Below, piece by piece: positions 12,546 through 25,449 of a stretch of DNA of 64,000 nt. Each line of letters starts with the position of its first letter. Position 1 is the first letter of the stretch. Source of the DNA: Octopus sinensis. Taxonomy: Eukaryota. The notes under the pieces are model-generated. The model searched no databases. It had not been told where the DNA came from and saw only the letters and a program-made list of their open reading frames with translations. The stretch is from NCBI RefSeq assembly GCF_006345805.1, contig NC_043009.1, forward strand, positions 34,410,001 to 34,474,000. Direction: 5' to 3'. Both the position numbers and the translations under genes were made by a program.

Positions 12546-12707
12546 AAAAGAGCAAATGTTATACAATCATTGCTTCAACATTAATTCTATATTGCCTGAG
12601 GAAATGAACACATGAACTATGATCATAAGAAATATGTGATTTGTTGACACACGAGTAGCAATCCATTAAAATATTTATAAATCCCATCCATGGATTATTA
12701 TTATTTT

Positions 12708-13560
12708 CATCATCATCATCATCATCATCATCATTTAACGTCCGCTTTCCATGCTAGCATGGGTTGGACGGTTCAACTGGGGTCTGGGGAGCCCGAAAGC
12801 TGCACCAGTCCAGTCAGATCTGGCAGTGTTTCTACAGCTGGATGCCCTTCCTAACGCCAACCACTCCGAGAGTGTAGTGGGTGATTTTATGTGCCACCGA
12901 CACAGGTGCCAGACGAGGCTGGCAAACGGCCACGCTCGGATGGTGTTTTTTATGTGCCACCGACACAGGTGCCAGACGAGGCTGGCAGACGGCCACGCTC
13001 GGATGGTGTTTTTATGTGCCACCGACACAGGTGCCAGATGAGGCTGGCAAACGGCCACGATCGGATGGTGTTTGTTACGTGCCCACAGCACGGAGGCCAG
13101 TCGATGCGGTACTGGCTACGGCCACGTTCGGATGGTTTTCTTGTGTGCCACGTGCCACCGGCACTGGTACCACAAAGATACAAATTCCATTGATGTTCAT
13201 CTATTTTGATTTGTTTTGATTTTCACTTGCCTTAACAGGTCTTCACAAGTGTCACAAGAAGGAAGGTATGCACAGGTGGACTGACTACGTCCCAGGTAGG
13301 GGCCACAGGTTATGGCCTGACTAGTCTTGCCGGGTCTTCGGATGGTGTTTTTATGCGCCACCGACACAGGTGCCAGATGAAGCTGGCGAACGGCCACGAT
13401 CGGATAGTGTTTGTTACGTGCCCACAGCACGGAGGCCAGTCGGTGCGGTACTGGCTACGGCCACGTTCGGATGGTTTTCTTGTGTGCCACCGGCACTGGT
13501 ACCACAAAGATACAATTCCATTAATGTTCATCTATTTTGATTTGTTTTGATTTGATTTGA
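12708..13560 (-). mobile_element. RTE-tail-type short retroelement (family D) with internal tandem amplification
   Basis: (CAT)n tail and GGATGCCCTTCCTAACGCCAACC core, 61-62-bp internal repeats, and a ~300-bp duplication. Relatives lie at 5438-5800, 38961-39232, 47620-47887, 48740-49075 and 63130-63365. Confidence 0.8.
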
Positions 13561-13730
13561 TTTGATTTCATTCCCACATTATTATATTTATCCCACATTA
13601 TATCAGCACATCTCGGTACAACCCCGTAAAACTGCTATTGCAAGTTGGTTTCATTAGCTGACATAATAAAATAGGAGCTTTCATATATACGTATGCTCAA
13701 AAACATTTCCTGTAAATGAACTTAAAGGAA

Positions 13731-13732
<2 letters not shown>

Positions 13733-13770
<38 letters not shown>

Positions 13771-14080
13771 ATATACACACACATATATATATATACATAT
13801 ATACATACATATACATATACACACATACATATACACACATATATATATATATACATATATACATACATATACATATATATATATATATACACACATATAT
13901 ATATACATATACATATATATATATATATATACATACACACATATATATATATATACATACATATATACATACATACATACATATATATATATACATACAT
14001 ATATATATACATACATATATATATACATACATACATACATATATACATACATATATATACATATATATATACATATATGC

Positions 14081-14120
<40 letters not shown>

Positions 14121-14134
14121 ATACATATATACAT

Positions 14135-14167
<33 letters not shown>

Positions 14168-14192
14168 CATATATGCATGTAAATATACATAT
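13733..14192. repeat. Compound (TA)n/(CATA)n microsatellite
   Basis: Directly visible. Confidence 0.95.
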
Positions 14193-15227
14193 ATCAGCTG
14201 GGTTAATTTAATCATCGCTCTCACTTCTTGCAAAACTGGCCTTGGATTAAGTAAAAGAAACATTTAACTCTTTGAATTTCATAAAAAAGCGGAAAAAATA
14301 TAGAGAGAACCTCATCCACTGAAGAAACATTTATACAGCTGCTGCACCTAGTAAAATGGTTAATACTGACACATTTGACAACCAGTCCATTATCAATAAA
14401 TGTCAGAGTTTCTACTGAAACATGTAAGTAAAAAAAAAAAAAAAAGTAAAAGTAGAAAAATTAATAGATTTATTAATGTATTTTCTAAAGTTTTTTTTCA
14501 TATGCTATTTATTTAACATCTGGTCATATTTAATTTTATTAACATATGGTTATAGTTATAACTAGGTTTGAGAAAAATGTATGTGTCTGTTTATTTTCAT
14601 TCAGCAAAGAAAAAAGCTGAGGAAGGAGGCAATGATGATGGTGGTAATGATAGTGATGATGTGATGGTAATAATGATGAAGATGGTAGTGGTGACAGAAT
14701 TACTGCTCTTGTTCATCACTCGATCAACTGGGCTATGACAAAAACTAGCGCATTTCAATAACTATGAGATAATGATGCAAGGTCGTCGTCAGTGGTGATG
14801 CTGATGGAGAATAATAAAAGTGATGTTGATAGTAGTGATGATATTAGTGGCAGTAGAGGTGATGGTGGTTGTGGTAATGATGATCACCATAGTATGCACA
14901 CGTGTGTATGTGTGTGTGTTTAGTTTGTCCTTATTTTTGCAGCACACATTTCAATTAAACAGAAATGTAGACAGCTATTTCTAGATGGTGTGGGGGACAT
15001 TTCTGTCCCAGCAACCAGTAAGTGGCTAGTTCTGTGTTCTGTCATACCAACAACAACACTCAGATGCACCCACTAATTAACTAACTAATGACCATTTTAA
15101 TTAATGTTAAATAACTTGGAATGGCATGGCTGGTTAATGGCACACTAATTTCTTAAAATACTAGTTAATAGGATTTATTTCACAGATTATTATGATGCTA
15201 CATATAATGTGTGTGTGTGTGTATGTG

Positions 15228-15260
<33 letters not shown>

Positions 15261-16200
15261 CTAAACACACACATCACTAATTCCATAAATATGGTGAAGT
15301 TTATGCCTTACTGATGAGATTATAATAAGACCCAAACATGACTGAAACAGCTTCCCATATGTGCTGAAAATATTTAAAACAATACAAGTTAATGAACTAA
15401 TATTTTCTCTCTTCAACAAAAAATGTGGTTGGATTTCTGCGTTGTCTTCCAAGAAAGTAGTAAATCTACATAAGAATTTAGACTGTGATAATCTGTCCAA
15501 CACATACCAGCATAGAAAGCAGTTGTAAAATGACAATGAGTATGATGATGATGTAATAGTTTATAGCTCATAGCTACTCTCTCTCATCTGTTTATCTATA
15601 AATCATTATTACCATCATCATTATCATAATATCCACTTTTCCATGCTTGCATGGGTTGGACAGAATTTGTTGAGGTGGATTTTCTATAGTCAGCTGCCCT
15701 TCCTGCTACCTGTTTTCAAGTAAGGTTACATTCCTCCATGCCAAAACATGCTTTCATGAATTATTAGACATGAAGGTCATGACAGCAGACCTCATTTACA
15801 ACTACTGCACAAAGTCAAAGCAAAGAGACAGTAACATATATGCATTTACACACACACACACACACACACACATAAGTGCATACACACATACAAAGCATGC
15901 CTACAAGCATGTGCACATGCACACACAAACACACGTGTGCACACACATGCATACGTGTGCATGCACACACATGCACTTATAACTTCAATTAGTAGCAATG
16001 ATTGCTAAGTAACAACAGTCAGTTCTGTAGAGGTACTAACCTCTCCATGGCCATTCAACTTGAAAGAAATAGCAGGTAAATGTTTATTAAATCACAAATT
16101 ACAGCTTTAAAAAATAGGAACTGACCTAGTGCCAAACAACAACAGCAGTATATACAGTTGAGGAAATTAAAAAGGAAATTATTTGTTTCTTGTTACTTAC

Positions 16201-16299
16201 CTGGAGAACATTTATAAGTTGGTCCAAAGAAAGATTCTCCACTTCTTCGACAACATGAATTTTTTCCAAACTTATTACACCTTTTTTGGTACCCCTTTT
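16201..16299 (-). CDS. Btk29A: Tec/Btk29A-family kinase, second coding exon (PH domain)
   Basis: 99-nt exon flanked by a TACAG acceptor and a GTAAGT donor, phase 0 at both ends. Translates KRGTKKGVISLEKIHVVEEVENLSLDQLINVLQ, resembling BTK RGSKKGSIDVEKITCVETV. Confidence 0.92.
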
Positions 16300-16818
16300 C
16301 TGTATGTAGAAAGAAAGGAAAATGAATATGAATAAATGAAGAATATACTGATCTAATTTATAGACAGTACCTGCTGTAGAAACATTAGATAAACATGCTC
16401 TAGAATATGCTCATTAATCAATTCTTTGATTTGCTTCAGTTATTTGACTTTGGTCATGTTGGTATACTATCTTCCAAGAAAAAATTTGGGGATTCCATAA
16501 GATAGGGTATCTTTAAATCAAATATAAAAAAAATTCTCTCTAAAACAGTTGTTGGTGCATTTGATGTCTGATTAAAATAAGGTCAGTGACGTTTGTCTGT
16601 AAAATATAGATAAGGGTAGTGGAATATAAGGAAACTATAATAAATTCCACACCAAAATAATTAGGGGAACAGCTTTTCTTAACTGTCACAGATTACATTG
16701 ATTCATATATTCATTCTATGGGTTGATACTAATTTTATCAGCAACACAAGTGTAAAAAGGCAATGGGGACTACCCATGAGTTGAAAATCACAATGTAAAG
16801 AGATATATAATCAATATA

Positions 16819-18084
16819 CAAGGGGTATTGAATAAAGATTTCCTCTGACCCACTTCTCAAGGATAAACAAAACTTAGCATAATTATTAATCCTTCTCAAC
16901 ATAGCCACCACCAGTGGTGACACACTTCTATTACTTCATGCAGCTGTGAAGATCTTGTCTGTAGCAGTAGGTAGGTTGCATCTGATGAACTTATTTACAT
17001 TGGAAATAAGTTCATCATCATCTGAAAAGTGCTTCCCCTTCAAAAGAGACTTCAGAGTTGGAAAGAGGTGGAAGTCAGATGGTGTGAGATTGGGAGAGTA
17101 AGGGGGATGAGGAAGGATTTCATAGCTGCAGGAGCGTGATTTCATCTGGGCAACATGCGCGTTGTGAACTGGGGTGTTGTCTTGGAGGTTGCAGACTCCT
17201 TTGGACAGTATGCTATGCCTCTCTGTTTTGATGGTGTTCTGCAATTTCTGCAGCAGAGAAGCATAATATTCCTCGTTAATTGTGGTGCCTTTTGCCAGAA
17301 AATCAGTTATCACTATTCCATGCTGGTACCAAAAGACTGAGCATCACCATGCCTCCTGAAAGTTGGACATGAACCTTCTTTGGAGGTGATGAGTTATCAT
17401 GCTTCTATTGCTTCAACTGGACTTAAGTTTCAGGATCACAGTGATGGACCCACATTTCATCCTGAGTGATAAGTCTACCAAAAAATTCCTCCTTGTTTTA
17501 TGGGCACATTGCCAAAAGAGCCAGGGAGCAATTGACTTGTTCCTGCTTCTGGAGAGGTGTGAGCATCCGGGGAATCCATTGTGCAGGCAACTTCTGCATG
17601 TGCAAATGGTCGTGAATGATTTATATACCTATATTTATCTTCACTTTTTGGGCTAGTTGCCAAATACTTATGTAGTGATCCTCCAAAATTGCAGTTTACA
17701 CTTTATGGACGGTGTTGTCATCAATAGCAGAATATGGTCGTCCAGGAATAAGTGCAATTTCCATCGATGTGCAACCACATTTGAACTGGCAATGCCAGTG
17801 CTTGATTACAGCATATGATGGTGCATCATCACCATAAACTTTTTTCATCTCATTAAAAGCCTCTTTTGGTATATGGCCTTTCAAGTATAAGAACCTGATC
17901 ACTGATCTGCATTCAACTGCCTCCATTATAACACCTTAGTTCACTTCAGTAGCCATAAAAGACAAACAAATACTGGTGGAAAGCTGAAATTTACAATATG
18001 ACATGTATAGTTATACCTGTATAAGTTCTGTTTCCTACAGTAACTGGAAGTGGATCAAGGGAAATCTTTAATGAACACCCCTCA
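16819..18084 (-). mobile_element. Full-length degenerate mariner (Tc1/mariner) transposon
   Basis: About 1.27 kb with imperfect TIRs (CAAGGGGTATTGAATAAAGATTTCC / GGAAATCTTTAATGAACACCCCTCA) and TA at both ends. Frameshifted transposase pieces: MEAVECRSVIRFLYLKG (HTH) and LQDNTPVH...HPPYSPNLTPSDFHLF (mariner catalytic motifs). Confidence 0.93.
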
Positions 18085-18532
18085 TATATATAAATTTCTT
18101 TAAATGTTTAGATTTGCTATAAAATTATTTGGGTAGAATTTAAAGTTCCTTGAAAGAATATATGGGTCTGACAGTAGAATGTTTGTAATTTCTAGGGAAG
18201 AAGGTTCTCTGTGTTTGTCAGACCTTTTTATCTCAGCAAATTCTTGTAATTACTATAATGAACAACACAGCGCAAGGAAGTAATTTGATGTGTTGCTTCA
18301 AATGTCAAATCAACAAGAAACTTTTTAAATAGGATGTCAATTCAATGATTTATCTCCTTAGTTTCTATATTTTCTCAATCCTAAACTTAGAATAAATTTT
18401 ATTCAATGAATATTGTGAAACATCTATTTGAGTATTTCCAATGTTATCCACCCATCTATGGCCTTTTTCATTACATTATGTAAAACGATTTTTGTCCTTG
18501 GATAGCTACTGTGATTTCCTATTTGCTTACCC

Positions 18533-18820
18533 TTAGCTCAGTGGTTAGAGAGTCGGGCTTACGATCATGAGGTTGTGAGTTCGAATCCCGGACCAGGCTA
18601 TGTGTTGTGTGCTTGAGCAAGACACTTTATTTCACGTTGCTCCAGTTCACTCAGCTGTAGAAATGAGTTGCAACATCACAGGTACCAAGCTGTATCGGCC
18701 TTTGCCTTTCCCTTGGATAACATCGGTGGCATGGAGAGGGGAGGCTGGTGTGCATGGGCGACTGCTGGGAGGGTAACTTTCTCGGTGCAATCCCATGGTC
18801 AGTCATGACCGAAGGGGGTC
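18533..18820 (+). mobile_element. tRNA-derived SINE, family A
   Basis: A box TAGCTCAGTGG and B box GTTCGAATCC, followed by a non-tRNA body shared with three other copies. Confidence 0.85.
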
Positions 18821-19052
18821 ACACAACAATCACAACAACCCTTAGAAAGTATGAAAAATGGCTATTTCCTTCAAAACTTGCTTTTGTTACATTTATTCAA
18901 GCAAATCTGTGGTATTGAGCAGAATATTTGCTATGATGATATTTCTGCTTCAGCAACTCAATATTGAATGTTTGAAGGGAACATTCCTAGATAGAAGCAA
19001 ATAGGAAATGACACTTACTGACCAACGACAAAAAAAATTTTTAATTTTATTA

Positions 19053-19219
19053 CACAGGCACAGGAGTGGCTGTGTGGTAAGTAGCTTGTTTACCAACCAC
19101 ATGGTTCCGGGTTCAGTCCAACTGCGTGGCATCTTGGGCAAGTGTCTCCTGCTATAGCCCCGGGCCGACCAATGCCTTGTGAGTGGATTTGGTAGACGGA
19201 AACTGAAAGAAGCCTGTCG

Positions 19220-19251
<32 letters not shown>

Positions 19252-19470
19252 TGTGTTTGTGTGTCTGTGTTTGTCCCCCTAGCATTGTTTGACAACCGAT
19301 GCTGGTGTGTTTACGTCCCCATCACTTAGCGGTTCAGCAAAAGAGACTGATAGAATAAGTACTGGGCTTACAAAGAATAAGTCCCGGGGTCGATTTGCTC
19401 GACTAAAGGCGGTGCTCCAGCATGGCCGCAGTCAAATGACTGAAACAAGTAAAAGAGTAAAAGAGTAAAG
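19053..19470 (+). mobile_element. SINE family B (CORE-like CTTGGGCAAGTG motif, internal microsatellite, (AAAGAGT)n tail)
   Basis: Nearly identical to 51225-51643. Partial copies lie at 31500-31995, 46573-46710, 49494-49870, 54040-54200 and 63370-63535. Confidence 0.85.
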
Positions 19471-19695
19471 AGTGTTGTCAAACAAGTATATCATTCCATT
19501 GACCCTTATATTATCAACCAATCTCAGACTGTCTTAGGTTCTATGTTACAAACTTCAGATTTTGAAGTACACCTGTTTACAGTGACACCTCCTGCAATCA
19601 GCTTGAGAACATTTTATTTTCATATAAAATATAGTAATAATGAAAAATATTGAATTTCTAAATGTCTCAGAGAGACATAAGTGGTGGTGAAGCGA

Positions 19696-19810
19696 TATAG
19701 TGGTCGTATACTGTCAACTCAATGTGACAGTCCCATGAGGGAATTAAATGGCGGTGGTGTAATTCTCTCACGGGACTGTCACATTGAGTTGACAGTATAC
19801 GACCACTATA
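19696..19810. mobile_element. 115-bp near-perfect palindrome, probably a TA-flanked MITE
   Basis: About 51-bp arms TATAGTGGTCGTATACTGTCAACTCAATGTGACAGTCCC... with two transition mismatches and a 13-nt loop. Confidence 0.7.
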
Positions 19811-20721
19811 ATAATAATGAAAAATTAATAAATAAATAATGAAACATCGGTTATTTTATTAAGATCCTACCACATTCTTCATTATTTTTCAAGACTAATT
19901 AAAACATATGGATATTGTATCTCAACAGAAATATGATCATGAAAAGGTTAAAGATAAATTATAGTTAATCAGTAAATGATGTTTGTAGTAAATAAATACA
20001 ATTGATGGTAGGAACATGAAGATAACAGCCACAACAAGATATACTACTGAAGGTAACAAGATATATCATTGATGGTAAGAACAACATAAAGATACTGCTG
20101 AGACAAGAAAGAAGACATTCCTTCAAAATTCCAAGAATCCGTTTGTTTTCCTTGAGACTAATTACTTCTGGTTTATTTTGACAACAATTAGATTACTGTA
20201 GTGCTTTTTCTTTTTTAAAAGAAACCTTCTCCAAAACATAGACCCTCTCCATCTTTAATTAAATCATTAGTGCCACTATCAAGCTAATCAGTCACTGATA
20301 CTAACAGTGGTGGTGGTGGTGGTTAGTATTTGTAATAGTAACAAATCACTGAAACCATCTCCCCCACCACCCCTTATTATCATCACTAACAACTAACACA
20401 ATAGCTAATGAGAATGTAAGAGCCTCTAAGTGGTCATCAATATGCTAGATATGACAGTCAAGCTTCCTTCCAACTAGAAAAGGATGTATTTGATAATATG
20501 ATTCTGAATTTCCTGCACAAAGGAAAAAGATGATATGGTCATGACTGGAATATCTTTGACCATAGGTCTACCGGACCAGGATTGACCCAAGTCTAAACAA
20601 CAAACCAATGAACAAGTCATTGATCACACTGTCTTGAAAACAAAAAAAAGTACATGTATTGGAGAACGGAATGACCATGTTTGGAGCACCTATGATCTCA
20701 GACAGGCTTGATGAGAACTGA

Positions 20722-20950
20722 CCTGGGTGCTGGCAGAAACGTTAGTACGCCGGGCGAAATGCTTAGCGGTATTTCATCTGCTGCTACATTCTGAGTTCAA
20801 ATTCCGCCAAGGTGGACTTTGCCTTTCATCCTTTCGGGGTCGATTGAATAAGTACCAGTTACGCACTGGGGTCGATGTAATCGACTTAATCCGTTTGTCT
20901 GTCCTTGTTTGTCTCCTCTGTGTGTAGCCCCTTGTGGGCAGTAAAGAAAT
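20722..20950 (+). mobile_element. SINE family C
   Basis: GCTGGCAGAAACGTTAG..GAGTTCAAATTCC pol III-like boxes. Copies lie at 2558-2760, 32816-33041, 33500-33728 and 61120-61250. Confidence 0.82.
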
Positions 20951-23405
20951 AAGTAGCAACAACCATCAGAATGGCACAATGGTTATTTCCTACAGAAACT
21001 CGGGGCTAGAATTTGGTGAGGGGGGGGGGAGTGTTATTTGATTAAATAGTCTCCAGTATTTGACTAGTACTTTATTTTCATTACCTTGAGAGAATAAAAG
21101 GCAAAGTTAACCTTGGCAGGATTTGAAAGCAGAATATAAAGGGCCATACTAAAAGGTATTTTGTTCAATAAATTGGCAATTCTATTAATCCACTACCATT
21201 ACCATAATAATAATAACAGTAATAACATATCATCGTCATTGTCAACAACTACTACTGCTTGTAGTAGTAGTCCACTCAGGATGAGTTGTGTTGACTCTGT
21301 ACACTCCTTAAAGCCTTCAAGAGAAATTTTATACCATGCAGAACAAAACTGCTTCCTCTATGGATCAAAGATGCTCCTCTCCAAATTCAAGGAGGTGGTG
21401 GAAGTTTCTTCATGTTTTTAGGGTGGAACTCTTCAAATATTCATAGTCCCTTCTCTCCACACCAGAGATCCAGATCTTAATAGTGGAGTAGCACTATTGA
21501 TAGTTCACTAATGCTACATCTACTATTATTACCTCTCACCATTGTCACAACTATGAGCCAACTAGAGAGTTTTTGCGTGATCACTCAAGTTACTAAAAAT
21601 AGCCACCAAATAGCTATTTAACATTTAAGCTGGCTTTATCCAGCCCAAATATTCTACCTGTTTTATGTTCAACCTGGCCAGATCTGGCCTCTTGCATCTA
21701 CACTACAATGTCATTCTAAAAACAAACAATTGCAGCACTGAAATCTCAAAAGTACAAGATAATGCATGATTAATTCAAAATAATGTAAGCCATACAGTAT
21801 CTCAAAGTTATGAGATACTGTATGATTAATTCAAAACAATGTTAATAAATAAGCCTAACATTTGACAGAGTGATCTGAATGCCAAAGTGTTGAAAAGACG
21901 AAATGGTCACAGCTAAGACGTCTTTGATCATATCTCTGTAAGATTAGGGCTGATTTAGGGTTAAACAGAAATTATCACAACTAATTACCTTATCACAATC
22001 ATCACCACCAACACTGCTACCACAACCATCACCACTGACTCTATCATCGCCTCTATAACACAGCAAGAGCAGTAATAGACCTATACAAATTATTCATGGT
22101 AAGGAGAGTGGTGGTGTTGTGAGTTGTGCTGTGGTGGTAGTGGCTTTGTTACAGTGGTAAGCATTGTGATGGTAGTGGTAGTGTTGTGGTAATGGTGATA
22201 GAGTTGGTGTCGTAGTTGTGATACCAAATAATTAAAACAGGATGATCCTAGTTATATATTAAAATGTCATGTGATGTCAATGAGTGCTCAATGAGTGAGT
22301 CTAGTCTTCCTCATGTCAGAGTTGATTGGTTGAGAAACCTTAATTAACCTTGATGAGAAATTAACTATTGCTATCACTACCGCTGCCGCTACTACCACCA
22401 ATATCAGTCAGCTCTCCAGGGTCACATGTACTACAGACTTAAATCATAGTATTACGCAACACACACAACCCCCACCAAACACACACACACACACACAACA
22501 TACAGACGTATGCATGTATGTAAAGAAGGAAAAGATTAAAAGAAAATGTTTGATTGCTTCAGCTCTGAAATAGAATGTGAAGCATTTTTGAGTGTTTGTT
22601 ACCACACATATATGTATAACATATGAATGGTAACAAAATAAACATAACTTTACAAAATAAATGGCACATGTAAAATCAAAGTATACAAAGATTATAAATA
22701 GAGCAAAATATAAGAAAGGCAGAAATATATAAATCACAGACAAAATACACAAATATTATATACTCATACACAGCACACTACGATCATCATCATTTAACAT
22801 GCCCTAGTTTCTTGGATTGTAAATATTCCATCTTGAAATCATAATTCAATAATGTAGTGCCCCCTTGCTGGAGTCTATTAGCTCTGTGTGTTGGCATATT
22901 GCCTGATGATTGGAAGGGTACTTTTAAATGGGCCAATTATGCGACACTGGCATTGGCCATGGCTATGATCTCACTTGGCTTGCCAGGTCTTCTCAAGCAC
23001 AGCATATCTTCAAAGGTTTCAGTCACTTGTTCAATGAGGCCCAATGTTCAAAGGTTGTGCTTCACCACCTCATCCCCTGAATCTACCACTTCCACAGGTT
23101 CCCTCCAGTTAGGGTGTGACACATCTTCACACAGCTGACCTCATCCTTATTGCACACCAGGTCTGATGCTTCTTTATGTTCAACTTTTCTCTCAGGGCGC
23201 TTACACTTTGTCGTGTATGCACACTGACACTAAACATCCGGTAGAGCATACTAGCTTCATTTCTTTCAACCCTATGCATGTCCTCAGCAGTCACAGCCCA
23301 TGTTTCACTGCTGTGAAATGAGATGAAAGGGGAGAGAAAAAGGAAAGAAGAAAGAAAGAAGGGGAGAGAGAGAGAAGAGGAGAGAGAAGGTAAAAGTCAA
23401 CTGAC

Positions 23406-23552
23406 CATTGGAGTGCCATCATAGTACGACAGAAAATTGCTGTCAATCACAAACCACCGGTTCTTGTAGCATTGTCTGGTAATGGTCTTTTTGTTTTGAG
23501 AGCGTTTCTTCATGAAATCAGCGAGTAACTCACAATTGTTCTGCTGTGACAT
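23406..23552 (-). CDS. Btk29A: Tec/Btk29A-family tyrosine kinase, first coding exon (PH domain N-terminal part)
   Basis: Translates from ATG at 23552 as MSQQNNCELLADFMKKRSQNKKTITRQCYKNRWFVIDSNFLSYYDGTPM. This matches the Tec-family PH signature KRSQxKK...YKxRxF...LSYY. It ends at a GTCAGT donor in phase 0. An in-frame TAA lies upstream at 23595-23597, and the acceptor is CTAATTACAG at 23671-23680. Confidence 0.9.
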
Positions 23553-23670
23553 GTTGGGACCAAGGACAACATCAGACAAGCTTGGATTATCTCCTTAAAA
23601 TTTTTTTAATTTTCTGTTTTACTCCAAGGAAGACTCCATTTAAAACTGGTACCGTAGCCTCGTCACAGCT
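23553..23670 (-). other. 5' UTR portion of the first coding exon of the Tec-family gene, containing a 6-codon uORF (23639-23619)
   Basis: Lies between the acceptor AG (23671-23672) and the ATG. Contains ATG GAG TCT TCC TTG GAG TAA. Confidence 0.6.
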
Positions 23671-23755
23671 CTGTAATTAGAAACATACAAATATATACAT
23701 ACTAAAAATTTATATCTAGATATAAAATATATAGATCAACTCTGTCTGTCACATA

Positions 23756-23972
23756 CAAGGGGGTGCTAAAAAGTTCCTGGCTTTAAGGATTTTGTGAAAA
23801 GCCTGATTGGAGGCCTAACTTCCCGAGTTCTTTTACAGGGCTTAGAAGAACTGAAGGACCACTGCATTAAGTGTGTAAATCTGAGAGAGGAATATGTTGA
23901 ATAAACTCATAATTAACTGATCCTCCTGTATTTTTTAAAATCCCAAACCAGGAACTTTTCAACACCCTTTTG
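23756..23972. mobile_element. mariner-derived MITE, same family as 4376-4589 in the opposite orientation
   Basis: TA|CAAGGGGGTGCTAAAAAGTTCC ... GGAACTTTTCAACACCCTTTTG|TA. Confidence 0.75.
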
Positions 23973-25449
23973 TATATAACATACATACCCCCACAACACA
24001 CATATTGTATATGTCTTATAACATATATATACACACATATAATGAAGACGTTGCATCTTATGGAAGAGATAACAAAAGACAGTATTTATTGATGATATGC
24101 AGTACTCTAGAAGACCTGTCATCCATGCCAATGTATACTCTAACTCAAGGATAATGTTTAGAGATTCAAATATCTGTACCTTGCCAGGGCTACATTTTCT
24201 GTCCCCTCATTTTACACTCTTGACCTCTCCTCCCTTGTATCTATTGCTCAATGGCTTTCTCACCCATCTCTCCGTCTTCTCATCATTCACAACCCTCCAT
24301 CTCCCAACCACCAGTGCTGACTGTACCATTTTCATTACTCTCTTCATCTGCCATTCAGCACACTAATATATAAGGGACTACATTAGGGCACCATCATCTC
24401 CTTTCCCATCAAATATATTCACACGTTTGGGTGCTATGTTGCCAGCCACTGCTATTGCAACAGCCACATATCTTATACCTCTTGTTAATCAGAAATAGAA
24501 CAAAAATGAAAATGAGATTTTGTCATATTTATAGAAAATAATGTTACAAATTGAGTCCCATACTCCTAACAGGTAGGGATACCCTTGGTCTAATTGCTTA
24601 CACCAACCCCAATACTTCCTTATTTTATTGACTTTGGAAGTATAAAAGGCAACGTTGGAGCTAAATGGAATTTAATCACATAATGCAAAACAAATACCAC
24701 AAGGTATTTTGTTCAGAATTCTATCAATTCTGCCTTCCTGGGTTTAATCTCACTCCATGATGTTTTGAGCAAGTATCTTTCACTACATTCCTGGGCTAAC
24801 CAATGCCTTTCAGTGCAATTTGATAGGAAGTGTGGAGAAACCAAGCATTACATATATACATACATACATACATACATACATACATGCATGCATGTATGCA
24901 TGCAGTCAGACAGATATAGATATAGATACTGGCACAATAATGTGTCAGCTCCAGCAGTCGATCCTCTCAAAAAAGGAGAGGTTGGTAAAAACAACAAATT
25001 TGCTATTTTCAATTTGGATTTTGTGCCTAGAATGTTGGGTAATGATTAAAAAAGTATGATTGTGCATACAAATGGCCAAAATGGAGTGATGTTATCCAGC
25101 AAGTTTCAAAACTTGGAGATCAGGGAATCTCTCCAAGTTGAACTTGCTACTTCTCCACATTGACAGATCACAACTTTGGTACTATGGACATGTGATTAGA
25201 ATGACACAGGATTCTTCAAGCCAAGCCAATCAGCAGGAGACCTAGAGGTAGATTGCAAATGAAATGGTTGGAAAGTATCCAAAGTCTCAGTCACTTATGC
25301 TTGGGAATCCAGCTGGGAAATGTAATGACAGTTGCAGCTGGTAGAATCCAATAGAAGTACCTGAGGACTCTAATAGCGGGTAGAGAAGATGGATGGACAC
25401 ACACAATATATATATACTTTATTTAAAGCAGCAGAAAATTCAACAAAAC

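Noticed and set aside
12735-13550. Repetitive MCHRHRCQ / CATDTGARR ORFs
   Set aside because: They are translations of GC-rich internal repeats of a short retroelement, open in many frames, with no domain.
15308-15360. Hammerhead-like CTGATGA ... GAAACAGCT
   Set aside because: No stem II pairing, no NUH triplet in register and no stem I.
15312-15363. Third kinase exon (good acceptor, GTAAG donor, 52 nt)
   Set aside because: HIWEAVSVMFGSYYNLI does not resemble the expected PH continuation and would shift the frame; at most a cryptic or poison exon.
18533-18605. tRNA genes at SINE heads (also 44226, 54700 and 59290)
   Set aside because: Each continues into a shared SINE body with no acceptor stem closure or pol III terminator.
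23553-23579. ORF-track start MSDVVLGPN for the kinase
   Set aside because: That start is TTG. The first ATG after the in-frame stop is at 23552.
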